This document shows, one piece after another, positions 1-11,793 of a stretch of 64,000 bases of DNA (position 1 is the first letter of the stretch; the number at the start of each line of letters is the position of its first letter). Under the pieces are notes generated by a model, which saw only the letters and a program-made list of their open reading frames with translations, did no database searches and was not told where the DNA came from. Source of the DNA: Squalus acanthias (lineage: Eukaryota); contig CM059433.1 of assembly GCA_030390025.1 (NCBI GenBank), positions 12,774,001 through 12,838,000 of the forward strand, given 5' to 3'. Position numbers and translations under genes: made by a program.

Positions 1-420
1 ATTCTCAACCAGATATTTATCCAGGAACTTTCTGAAAAAAAATTAATCAATGCAGCATCGACTGCTTTTGGTTGTCACCTCCCCACAATTACATAGCTGA
101 AATTTAGTACTCACTAGCAGATGTTTTCCACTTTTTAAAAAACAGGGTGTTAATCTTGCCATGCTTTGTTTATTTTACCAACAAGTAGAAATGTTAATTG
201 CATAATTTTTCATTTGGGAAAGTTTGTTGTATAGGATTTCATTAGCTTTTCTGGCAGAAACCTGGCTAGTCAGGACTCAGCCGCAATGGTGCCCATTTCA
301 TGCCTCTCGTGGCTTAACGGCCACTCAACTAGTCAAATAATGGCCAAGTGCACTGATCCACCTCTGGAGAGTGAGGCACTGGAGGAATTAAGCAAGGCAA
401 TAATTTTGTACATCCTGATT

Positions 421-3400
421 CACTGAGATATCTGAATGCGTGAAGCATTCACAACAAAATAGATGGATTAATAGCGCAGATAGAAATTAACAGGTTTGAG
501 CTAATTGCCATTACGGAGACGTGAGTGCAATGGGACCAAGGTTGGGAACTAAATATTCCAGGATGCTTAAGTTTTAGAAGAGATAGGCAAAATGGAAAAG
601 GAGGAGGGGTAGCCCTGATAATAAAGGATGGGATAAAGACAGTAGAGAGAAAGGATCTTAGCTCCGAAAATCAAGAAGTAGAATCAGTTTGGGTAGAGCT
701 AAGAAACAGCAAGGGGCAGAAAACATTGGTAGGAGTTGTTTATAGGCCCCCAAACATTAGTTGTAGTGTAGGGCAGAGTATAAATCAGGAAATTAGAGGT
801 GCATGTAACAAGGGTAATACAGCAATCATGGGGGACTTTAATCTACATATAGACTGGGCAAACCAAATTTGCAGTAGTAGTGTGGAGGACAAATTCGTGG
901 AATGTATGCAAGATAGTTTTCTAGATCAGTATGTTGAGGAACCAACTAGGGAACAGGCTATTTTAGATCTAGTATTGTGCAACAAGAAAGGGTTAATTAA
1001 TAACCTTGTAGTAAAGGGGCCTTTGGGGAAGAGTGACCATAAGATGATAGAATTTTATATTGAGTTTGAAAGTGATTTAGTTAAATCCGAAACTAGGGTC
1101 TTAAATCTAAACAAAGCAAAGCACGTAGTTATGAGGGGCGAGTTGGCTAAGGTAGATTGGGAAACTTCATTAAAAGGTATGATGGTAGAGAAGCAATGGC
1201 TAGCATTTAAAGAATTAATACATAATATACAACAAATATACATTCCTTTAAGGCACAAAAACTCCACAGGAAAAGTGGTCCAACCTGTGGCTAACAAGAG
1301 AAGTTAAAGATAGTATTAGATCAAAGGAAGAGGCTTATAATGTTAAAGCCTGAGGATTGGGAGGATTTTAGAATTCAGCAAAGGAGGACCAAGAAATTGA
1401 TAAAGAAAGGAAAAATAGAATGAGAGTAAACTAGCGAGAGTCATAAAAACAGACTGTAAAAGCTTCTATAGTTATGTAAAAAGGAAAAGATTAGCAAAAG
1501 TAAATGTGGGTCCCTTACAGGCTGAGACAGGATAAATTATAATGGGGAATAAGGAAATGGCCGAGAAATTAAACAAATACTTTGACCGCGATTTTGCCAG
1601 CAGAGGCGGGATCGCGGTGGGAGAGGTGGTTGGCGGATTTCGGTCCTGTTCCTGGCTGCAGCCGCTCTGCAAAAAGGTTTTTCTGTTGATAGGGCTTTTT
1701 AAGCCCGCCCTGCGGGGTAGCCGGCCAATTAAAAGAAAGCAGGTCTGATGACGTCATTTGATGATGTGTCATCAGCCAGTTTCCTTAAAGGGACCATGGC
1801 CGCATTCATTTTGACAGTTGTGCTGTCAGTGTTCTACAGCATTGAGGTGCAACAAACACTGACAAGCACTGCACAGAGGTGCACAGCTGCACCCAGGCTC
1901 TCCCATGACTCCCTCCATATTCTTATAGAGGGAGTCACAGCACACAGGGAGGTTCTCTTCCCTTCCAATGGGCGGAAGAGATCTCCCCAGGAGACTAACG
2001 CAGCCTGGTTGCCCAGTGCACAGGAGGGCACAAGCAGGAATATCGTCAGGAGGACCTGGCTGCAGTGGCGCAAACCTTTCAATGATCTCATTAGATCACG
2101 AAACGTTACTGCCAAGCCACACTCAACCTCATCCTGCTGTGCCACTCATCACAACCCCATCACTCTGCCTTCCCTACCCTACTCCTGCACATCCTTACTC
2201 ACACCAACTTACCTTGCACCTCCACCCATCCCTCTCTATCTACGTTATCACTTCCCTATCTCACTAGCCACCCCTCGCACTCACCCTCATCCTACTGCAG
2301 GCATACCAACTAACAACACACAAGGGTAGGCACTTGGGTGTGTTATGCAATGTTCATGTGAAGTTTCTGTTAATGTGCTGTCAAACATTGAAATTTTTAT
2401 TTTGAACACTTTGAGTTCTTGGACAGATTTGTGTGCACCTTTGGAAGTGACTTAGTGAGTTGCAGTGAATGATAAGACATAACATCCCCCCCAATGGTGA
2501 TGAGTGTGAAAGGAATGGCTTGGACATTGTAGGGTTGCTTTATAGTGCTGGTGTGGGATGGTGCCAACCTGGTGCATCATGTGGCTGCCAGGGTGTACAG
2601 TGTTAAGTGAAGCAAATCTGGACATAGTGAGGCCATCGCTGGCATCCCGGGCAGCAATTTGCATGGGTGATGATGCCTTGTGTCCGGGGCAGCATCAGTT
2701 GATTGCAGAGAAGGCTGGTGTGGATGTTGGTGATGTAGGTGTGCCCGGTGATGTTGGTGTTGGGGCTGATTGTGTTGGGAATCTGAGGACCAAGGTGAGA
2801 TTTTTTCAAGGGCACCAATGTTGCTGGAATAGATGGCAGCTGAAGTTGCGATGACAGAAGCGATCCTGTCAATGGTGAGAGAGCTTACTCCAAGGAGGTG
2901 ACAGTGGATAGAGAGTTTACACCAAACACTTCCAAACTGCATACAGCTCAAAAGTTTCTTCCAAGTCCTGAAGGCTCAAGCTTCTGACATTGGAAAGTGA
3001 CCAGCTGTGAAATGGTAGCTTTTGTACCACTTTTGCAGCTGTCACCTATTCACAGCAATGGGGAGACATAGAGAACCCAACCTACTTACCTGACATGATC
3101 TCCGAACGACGTGAACCCCATTAAAATTGTGGTAAAATAGAAAAAGGCTGGCAAAATAGTAGTAAACAAGCACTTAACAAGCAGTTAAGTATCTTAAATT
3201 TCTCCCCCGCCACTTGGTGTCGGGTCTGCGATTTCACACCAGACCCGACACTCTGGAAATTTACATGGAGGCGGGTTCGCAGCAGGTTCCCAACCCACTG
3301 TCAATCATTTTGATTTTGACAGTGGACCCACCTCCAAACCCGCTCTCTGAGCACCGGCAAATTTCTACCCTTTGTGTCTGTCTTCACGGAAGAAGATGCA

Positions 3401-4045
3401 AAACACTTCCTGGAAATAGTGGAGAACTAAGGGTCTAGCGAGAATGAGGAACTGAAAGAAATTAGTATTAGTAAAAAAATAGTACTGGAGAAATTAATGG
3501 GACTGAAAGCCGATTAATCCCCTGGACCTGATGGCCTACATCCTAGGGTTTTGAAAGGGGTGGCTATAGAGATAGTGGATGTATTGGTTGTCATTTTCCA
3601 AATTTCCATAGATTCTAGAATGGTTCCCACGGATTGGAAGGTAGCAAATGTAAATGGAGAGAAAACGGGGAACTACAGACCAGTTAGCCTGACATCAGTA
3701 GTAGGGAAAATGCTAGAATCTATTGTTAAGGATGTGGTAACAGGGCACTTAGAAAATAATGATAGGATTGGGCAGAGTCAACACAGATTTATGAAACGGA
3801 TATCGTGTTTGACAAATCTATTAGGGTTTTTTGAGGTTGTAACTAGCAGAATAGACAAGGGGGAGCCAGTGGATGTGGTGTATTTGGATTTTCAGAAGGT
3901 ATTCGATAAGGTTTCACACAACAGAGGTTTTAAACAAAATTAGGGCTCATGGAATTGGGGGTAATATACTAGCAAGGATTGAGGATTGGTTAACGGACAG
4001 AAAACAGAGAGTAGGAATAAACGGGTCATTTTCGGGTTGGCAGGC
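421..4045 (+). mobile_element. CR1-clade LINE, copy A: decayed ORF2 (endonuclease to RT N-terminal half), interrupted by a Harbinger-type insertion
   Basis: ORF 525-1307 has APE motifs (GGGVALIIK, VGVVYRPP, MGDFN, ILDLVL, SDH). ORF 3551-3943 has GNYRPVSLTS, QHRFMK..SCLTNLL and DVVYLDFQK. Frameshifts and stops are present. Collinear with copy B at 7016-9180. Confidence 0.93.
1584..3370 (+). mobile_element. Non-autonomous PIF/Harbinger-type DNA element carrying a Myb/SANT-like coding segment
   Basis: Clean insertion into CR1 (empty site visible in copy B near 8495-8515) with 3-bp TSD TTT (1581-83, 3371-73). Imperfect TIRs GACCGCGATTTTGCC / GGGTAGAAATTTGCC (rc). ORF 1748-2329 contains APRLSHDSLHILIEGV...REVLFP...AAW...RRTWLQWRKPFNDL, a Myb/SANT-like trihelix pattern. 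A second copy lies at 32548-34298. Confidence 0.85.
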
Positions 4046-4163
4046 AGTCTGCACAGAGCAGGACTAAACGGGGTGGAATTGAACAGAGTGTTTTATTTGG
4101 GAACTTGGAAAGAGTGGGAATTTCTGGTAAGTATTGGGTAAGTAGAAGCTGTAAAAAGTGAAA

Positions 4164-4523
4164 TAGGGTAGATGCGGAGAGGATGTTTCCCCTTGTGGGG
4201 GAATTGAGAACTAGGGGGCATAGTCTCAGAATAAGGGGCCGCCCATTTATAAAGGAGATGAGGAGAAATTTCTTCTCTCAGAGGGTCGTGAATCTTTGGA
4301 ATTCTCTACCCCAGAGAGCTGTGGAGGCTGGGTCATTGAACATATTTAAGGTGGAGATAGACAGATTTTTGAACTATAGGGGAGTCAAGGTTTATGGGGA
4401 GCGGGCAGGAAAGTGGAGTTGAGGCCAAGATCAGATCGGCCATGATCTTATTGAATGGCGGAGCAGACTCGAGGGGCCAAATGATCTACTCCTGCTCCTA
4501 TTTCTTATGTTCTTATGTTCTTA
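4164..4523 (+). mobile_element. 5'-truncated CR1 3' end inserted in the 5'UTR of copy B
   Basis: Encodes MFPLVGELRTRGHSL...RRNFFSQRVVNLWNSLP (CR1 ORF2 C-terminus), followed by the 3'UTR and (TTCTTATG)n tail. Confidence 0.9.
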
Positions 4524-4994
4524 ATTTTAGTTTATGATTTTGATTTTAACCTAGAACTTTAGAAACTGTAGTTAACAGAAGCTGCCTGCCAGTGGCAGTT
4601 AACTGTCAGTCAGCTGTAAGTGTTTGTCTTGAATAGGCGCTAATCACCAGGAGATGGGGAGCTGAGTCAACACTTGTAAATTGGGTGAGGCTCCTAGAGT
4701 ATAAGAGTAAACATTTCTGCAGAGCACAGAGTGGTCTGCACAGAGCGGAATTAAACGGAGTGGACTTGAACAGGGTGTTTTATTAGGGAATTTGGAAAGA
4801 GTGGGAATTCCTCGGAAGAGGGGGAAGGAGTTGCTTCTTTTTGCCTACACTACTTGTAGTGCTTTGTGTTATAGGTAGATATTTAATTTCAGTACCCTTA
4901 ACTTAATATAGATCAAGTAAGTAGTCAAGAAACTACACTGTAAACTAAGTTACCTAATTACAAATTTAATTAAGTAAAACAAGGTCATATAGGG

Positions 4995-6790
4995 ATGGCA
5001 GTGCAGGTGGTGTGCCGTAGCTGCAGCATGTGGGAGTTTGCGGAGTGCACTGTGATCCCGGACAACCACGTTTGCAGTAAGTGCCTGCATCTTGAGGAAC
5101 TTCAGCTCAGAGTTTTTGAGCTGGAGTCTGAGGTGCAGACATTGCGGGGCATCAGGGATGGGGAGAGTTACCTGGACACTTTGGGGGCGATTTTGCCAGC
5201 CCTGGGGAGGCAGGTATGGAAGCGGGACTGCCAGGAAAATGGCAGAATTTGGGGGCGGGTGTCCATCCCGCCCCCAACCCACCTCCATGCCATCTTCCTA
5301 GGAGGCGGGTAGCCGTCCTGCGCCGGGTCCCTTCTCCTTGGAGGCGAGAAGGAATTAAAGACTATTAACTGCCTGTTAACAGGTAGTTAACAGGCAGAAA
5401 ATAGGATTATCCCCTTTTTGCCCTCACAAGTGCGGGCTTCCCGAAGGCTCCAAAACCCGCCAGCTCAGCTCAGCGAGTACTGGGTCTGCGGGGGTCGGGG
5501 GTTGCAAAAGTGTGGTGTGAAGGTAAGTGATGGGTGCAAGAGTGTAGAAGTGAGTATCTGAGGTAAGTGCAAAGTGTTTTTAAAAGTGTACTTACCTTTG
5601 TTTCTTCCTGCAGGCTTCAGTCGGTTTGTATGCGGAGAGTCTCGGACCTCCATGTTGCAGATGAGAGATGGCCGTTGCATTCTCAGATGCAACAACCATC
5701 TAATTTCTGTAAAAGAAAGAAGTTTGATGAGGTCTTGAATGCAAGACCTCATCAAACTGCAGAGATTGTCAGTGTTTGACAGCTTCACAGAGCTGTCAAA
5801 TGATGACAATTCATCTGTCAAAAAGTTTTGACAGATGAAACGTCATACATTGACGTTCTCTGCAACCGGCTTTTCCTTACTTGGCCTGCAAAGCCCGCTG
5901 GGCGGGCTTAACAAGGTCAATCAAGGGAAAATAGCGTGGGTTGGCCACAAATCGATGGAGGCGGGACAAGCAGCAATCCCGCCTCCAAAGCGCCCCCATT
6001 AACAAAATCGCCCCCTATGATCCAGGAGTCAGTCACACCCCTTAGGTTAGGTAGTGGTACAGGTCTGGTTAGTGGTCAGGGACAGGAGGGTGTGACTGCA
6101 ACTCAGGCAGGTAAGGAGACCCCAGGTGCAGTGCTGGAGGAGCCTCAGCCTTTGCCCTTGTCCAACAGGTATGAGGTTCTTGCTGCCTGTGTGGATGAGG
6201 GAAAAGCCTGCAGGATGGATGAGCAAGCTGACCATGGCACTATGATGCAGGAGGCCATTCAGGTAGGGGAAGTGAAAGGGAATGTAGTTGTGGTAGGGGA
6301 CAGTATAGTCGGGGGGATAGATACTGTTCTCTGCAGCCACGACTGAGAGTTCCGATGGTTGTGTTGCCTGCCCGGTGCCAGAGTTAAAGACATCTCCTCG
6401 CAGCTGGAGGAGAACTTGGAGTGGGAGTGGGAGGGGGAGGATCCAGTTGTCGTGGTCCACGTCAGAACCAACGACATAGGTAGAACTAGGAATGAGGTTC
6501 TGCTGAGGGAGTTTGAGGAGCTAGGATCCAAATTAAAAGCAGAACCTCAAAGGTAATAATCTCTGGATTGTTACCTGAGCCACGTGCAAATTGGCAGAGG
6601 GACAAACAGATTAGAGGTTTAAATGCGTGGCTGAAAGAGTGGTGGTGGGAGGAAGGGGTTATAGTTCATGGGGCACTGGCACCAGTACTGGGGAAAGAGG
6701 GAGCTGTTCCATTGGGACGGCCTCCACTTAAACTGGGCTGGGGCCAGTGTCCTGGCGAACTGAATAACTAGGGCAGTAGACAGGGTTTTA
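4995..6790 (+). pseudogene. CR1 ORF1 remnant (zinc finger, coiled coil, SGNH esterase), split by a MITE
   Basis: MAVQVVCRSCSMWE...HVCSKCLHLEELQLRVFELESEV...ESYLDTL resumes as IQESVTPLRL after 6015. Later frames give GDSIV, PGARV and TNDIG, with stops and frameshifts. Confidence 0.85.
5183..6015. mobile_element. Harbinger-type MITE (833 bp) inserted in CR1 ORF1
   Basis: Perfect 13-bp TIR GGGGGCGATTTTG / CAAAATCGCCCCC. Flanks TTT / TAT (imperfect 3-bp TSD). The ORF1 reading is interrupted exactly here. Confidence 0.85.
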
Positions 6791-6809
6791 AACTAATGAA
6801 GTTGTGGGT

Positions 6810-6831
6810 GGGGGGGGGGGGGGGGGGGGGG
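6810..6831 (+). repeat. Poly-G run (about 22 nt) in the CR1 inter-ORF region
   Basis: Directly visible homopolymer. Confidence 0.9.
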
Positions 6832-7898
6832 CGGATTCAGGAAAATGTAAATTTAAAAGCAGCGACAAAAATGTCAATGCTCTAGAGCAGAGTAGAGTTT
6901 TGGGTAAAAATAAGCAGAGTGGGTCAGGAAGGGACAGAGAGAGTAACAAAGGTAATAAGGCATCAGTGACTAAGGTGACATCAGGGAAAAATAGAAACAA
7001 GTCAAAGCTAAAGGCACTATATCTGAATGCGCGAAGCATTCGCAACAAAATAGATGAATTAATAGCGCAGATAGAAATTAACAAGTTTGATCTAATAGCC
7101 ATAATGGAGACGCGGTTGCAAAGTGACCAAGGTTGGGAACTAAATATTCCAGGATACTTAAGTTTTAGAAGAGATAGACAAAATGGAAAAGGAGGAGCGC
7201 TAGTCCTCATAATAAAGGATGGGATAAAGACAGTAGAGAGAATTGATCTTAGCTCCGAAAATCAAGAAGTAGAATCAGTTTGGGTAGAGCTAAGGAACAA
7301 CAAGGGGTAGAAAACATTTGTGGGAGTTGTTTATAGGCCCCCAAATAGTAGTTGTAATGTAGGGCAGAGTATAAATCAGGAAATTAGAGGTGCATGTAAC
7401 AAGGGTAATACAGTAATTATGGGGTCTTTAATCTACATATAGACTGGACAAACCAAATTTGCAGTAATAGTGTGGAGGACGAATTCATGGAATTTATGCA
7501 AGATAGTTTACTAGATCAATATGTTGAGGAACCAACTAGGGAACAGGCTATTTTAGATCTAGTATTGTGCAATGAGAAAGGGTTAATTAATAACCTTGTA
7601 GTAAAGGGGCCTTTGGGGAAGAGTAACCATAATATGAAAAATTGTTATATTGAGTTTGAAAGTGATTCAGTTAAATCCGAAACTAGGGTCTTAAATCTAA
7701 ACAAAGCACGTAGTTATGAGGGGCGAGTTGGCTAAGGTAGATTGGGAAACTACATTAAAAGGTATGACGGTAGAGAAGCATTGGCTAGCATTTAAAGAAT
7801 TAATACATAATTTACAACAAATATACATTCCTTGAAGGCACAAAAGCCCCACAGGAAAAGTGGTCCAACCGTGGCTAACAAGAGAAGTTAAAGATTGA

Positions 7899-8223
7899 GG
7901 CAACACGGTGGCATAGTGGTTAGCACTGTTACCTCACAACGCCAGGGACCCGTGCTTGAATCTGGCCTCGGGTGACTGTCTGTGTGGAGTTTGCACATTC
8001 TCCCCGTGTCTGCGTGGGTTTCCTCCGGGTGCTCCGGTTTCCTCCCACAGTCCAAAGATGTGCGGGTTAGGTTGATTTGGCTATGATAAAATTGACGCTT
8101 AGTGTTAGGGGGATTAAATACATGGGGTTATGGGGATAGGGTGGGATATGTGTCGGTGCAGGCTCGATGGGCCGAAATGGCCTCTATCTGCACTGTGGGG
8201 ATTCTGTGATTCTATGATTCTGT
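7899..8223 (+). mobile_element. tRNA-derived V-domain SINE (HE1-like) inserted in CR1 ORF2
   Basis: A-box TGGCATAGTGG with a degenerate B-box. V-domain-type core GTGTGGAGTTTGCACATTCTCCCCGTGTCTGCGTGGGTTTCCTCCGGGTGCTCCGG. CR1-like tail with (GATTCTRT)n. GATTGA on both flanks. Absent from copy A at the equivalent site (about 1310). Confidence 0.88.
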
Positions 8224-11200
8224 GATTGAATTAGATCAAAGAAAGAGACTTATAATATTGCCAAAAATAGTAGTAAGATTGGGAGGATTTTAGAATACAG
8301 CAAAGGAGGACCAAGAAATTGATAAAGAAAGGGAAAATAGAATATGAGAGTAAACTAGCGAGAAACATAAAAACAGACTGCAAACGCTTCTATAGATATG
8401 TAAAAAGGAAAAAATTAGCGAAAGTAAATGTGGGTCCCTTACAGGCTGAGACAGGAGAAATTATAATGGGGAATAAGGAAATGACAGAGAAATTAAACAA
8501 ATATTTTGTGTCTGTCTTCATGGAAGAAGGAAAAAACATCCTGGAAATAGTGGAGAACCAAGGGTCTATCAAGAATGAGGAACTGAAAGAATTTAGTATT
8601 AGTAAAAAAAATAGTACTGGAGAAATTAATAGGACTGAAAGCCAATAAATCCCAATTGACCTGATGGCCTACATTCTAGGGTTTTGAAAGAGGTGGCTAT
8701 AAAGATAGTGGATGCATTGGTTGTCATTTTCCAAAATTCCATAGATTCTAGAACGGTCCCAGCAGATTGGAAGGTAGAAAATGTAAACGGAGAGAAAACG
8801 GGCAACTACAGATCAGTTAGCCTGACATCAGTAGTAGGGAAAATGCTAGAATCTATTATTAAGGACGTGGTGAAAGGGCACTTACAAAATAATGATAGGA
8901 TTGGGCAGAGTCAACACGGATTTATGTAAGGGAAATCGTGTTTGATAAATCTGTTAGAGTTTTTTGAGGTTGTAACTCGGAGAATAGATAAGGGGGTACC
9001 AGTGGATGTGGTGTATTTGGATTTTCAGTAGGCATTCGATAAGGTGCCACACAAGAGGTTATTAATCAAAATTAGGGCTCATGGGATTGGGGGTAATATA
9101 CTAGCATGGATTGAGGATTGGTTAGTGGACAGAAAACAGAGAGTAGGAATAAACAGGTCATTTTCGGGGTGGCAGGCTGTAACTAGTGGGGTACCGCAAG
9201 GATCAGTGTTTGGGCCTCAGCCATTCACAATCTACATCAATGATTTGGATGAGGGGACCAAATGTAATATATCCAAGTTTGCTGATGATACAAAGCCGGG
9301 TGGGAATGTAAGTTGTGAGGAGGATGCAAGGAGGCTTCAAGGGGATATAGACAGGCTAATTGAGTGGGCAAGAAGACATGGTAAATAAAATATAATGTGG
9401 AGAAATGTGAAGTTATCCACTTTGGTAGGAAAAATAGAAAAGTAGAGTATTTTTAAATGGTGAGAGATTGGGAAATGTTGGTGTTCAGAGGGACCTGGGT
9501 GTCCTTGTACACGAATCACTGAAAGTTAACATGCAGGTACAGCAAGCAATAAGAAAGCAAATTATATGTTGGCCTTTATTACAAGAGGATTTGAGTATAA
9601 GAGTAAAGGCGTCTTACTGCAATTATATAGGGCCCTGGTGAGACCACACCTGAAGGAAAGATATACTTGCCATAGAGGGAGTGCAACAAGGTTCACCAGA
9701 CTGGTTCCTGGGATGGGGGGATTGTCCTATGAGGAGAGATTGAGTAGACTAGGCCTATATTCTCTAGAGATTAGAAGAATGAGAGGTGATCTCATTGAAA
9801 GATACGAAATTCTTACAGGGCTTGCCACAGTAGATGAAGGGAGGATGTTTCCCCTGGCTGGGGAGTCTAGAACCAGGGGTCAGAGTCTCAGAATAAGGGA
9901 TCGGCCATTTAGAACTGAGATGAGGAGAAATTTCTTCACTCAGAAATTTCTTCACTCAGAGGAATTCTCTACCCCAGAGGGCTGTGGAGGCTCAGTCGTT
10001 GAGTATATTCAAGACAGAGATCGATAGATTTTTGGATATTAAGGGAATCAAGGGATATGGGGATAGTGCAGGAAAGTGGAGTTTAGGTAGAAGATCAGCC
10101 ATGATCTTATTGAATGGTGGAGCAGGCTCGTGGGGCCCACTTCTGCTCCTATTTCTTATGGTCTTATGTTCTTATGTTCCAGAGTTTGGAAGTATTTGCT
10201 TTTATGTTTGTAATCAAATTGTGGGTTTTGAAATCAGCAACAAAGAATAAACTACAATTCAAGTTTTTAAAATCAAGTGCATTGTCTGATTGTGCAGTTT
10301 CTGTTGAAAATTATATTTAAATTCATTCCTTGGTTAGTTCTGGCCTTTTTTGTACCTGTAATAATTTATTTCAATATCCAAATTTGGATTTTGATGACTT
10401 CCCATGAACAAATGAAAAATACAGCTGAGCATCACATCTGGACTTTTCAACAGTTTACTGCTCGTCTGTTTGAAGTGCTCTTGAGCTGGGTGCCGTGTAG
10501 CTGAATAAATTGATGGTGAACACAACACAGTAAGCTGTGTAAAACCTTGATGATAATATGGTGAGGTGGATGCATAGTCTCCGGTGGGGCCTGTGCTCCC
10601 TGTCAGTTTTCTCCCAGCAACAGGAATACTGAACCAGTTACTGTAACAATTACAGCACATCTCCACGTTGAACCTACACACTGCCATGTGTTTTTGCTGC
10701 TCCATTGTTCAACTAACTCCAGCTCAATGTTTGAGCTAATTCCCACCTACTCCTTTTAATTTCCCCCGTGAAAATGACCACATCTTTCTCTGAAAGGGCC
10801 GACGGAAAGCAGCAACAGATTTTTCAAAAAGAAGGCTGTTCCTAATTTCATTCCCCGGGGGTGATTTTATCGGCGATGATGTGAAACGGGCAATCGTGAA
10901 TCGACCACCAATTATACACCCTGCCTGATTACCCTCACACGATGCTTCAACAGGACCGAAAACCGGGCGGGGTGTATAATAGGTGGACAATCCGATATTG
11001 CCCGGGTTACACTGTCGCCAAAAGTAAAAATTACTCCCCACCCCCCACCAGTTTTTTTAGGTGGAAAACAGGAGTAGCACAAAATGAAAAAAAACTGGTA
11101 CCTTCAGCTCATGTCCCAGCTTCAATGTCCGTCTCTGCCTTCGTTGCAGATAAAGAGCAGGAAATGTCTCACTGCAATATATAGAATTATACACAGAAAC

Positions 11201-11606
11201 CCACACATCCCACCACTCTGTAACGCCATATATTGGGGCACGAACATGAAATACTAATTGCAGTCTGTACTGGGCAACTAATTAGCATAATATATGACCC
11301 AATAAATGAAGAGGCCCATGTTTCCTTCTCAGTCATGTCAAGAGTCTCAAAGACTTGACTCGGGGGGCTTTAAAATAAAAAATAACAATAACAGCTCATA
11401 ATTGCAGAAACCTAATATAAAGACAATTGTACAGGGGAGACAAAAAGCTAGAAGGTAGGCAGACCAAATATGCCGAACTATGTGTGACTTACTCAACACA
11501 CAAATGGTTTGACCATGAAAGCAGCCTTCTTGGTTGTCAGTTAAAAGCAACAAAATAAACGCTGCACCGTGTCGGCTATTTGGAGCAAAAAAAAACAAGA
11601 TACCAT

Positions 11607-11793
11607 GGGTTAAATTTTCACCTTCACCATCTGGACGGTAATCTGATGGAACAGATCGATAACCCCTTGTAGAACCCGTCTAATTTTTATCCCATTTAAA
11701 TCAGTGGGAAGAAAATCAGGAAGGTCCTACTAAATGCAGGAGATCCGCACTAGCAGATTACCACCCCCCCGGGGTGAATTTGAAAACTAACCT
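11607..11793. mobile_element. Small decayed MITE-like element
   Basis: Imperfect inverted ends GGGTTAAATTTTCA ... TGAAAACTAACC. No clean TSD. Confidence 0.4.

Larger units (their letters stand above)
4046..10179 (+). mobile_element. CR1-clade LINE, copy B: nearly full-length (5'UTR, ORF1, ORF2, 3' tail), decayed, with three nested insertions
   Basis: ORF1 from 4995: CxxC..HxCxxC zinc finger, coiled coil, then SGNH-esterase motifs (VVVGDSIV, CCLPGARV, VVVHVRTNDI). ORF2 from about 7010: YLNARSI, APE motifs, RT motifs GVPQGSV and ISKFADDTK. 3' tail (TTCTTATG)n at about 10150-10179. Confidence 0.93.

Noticed and set aside
7899..7975. tRNA gene
   Set aside because: The A/B-box-like head continues into a SINE body and tail with no complete cloverleaf. 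The same applies to the other SINE heads.
7010..10090. Active, intact LINE ORF2
   Set aside because: Multiple stops and frameshifts, internal deletions and a SINE insertion. No retroelement ORF in the window is intact.
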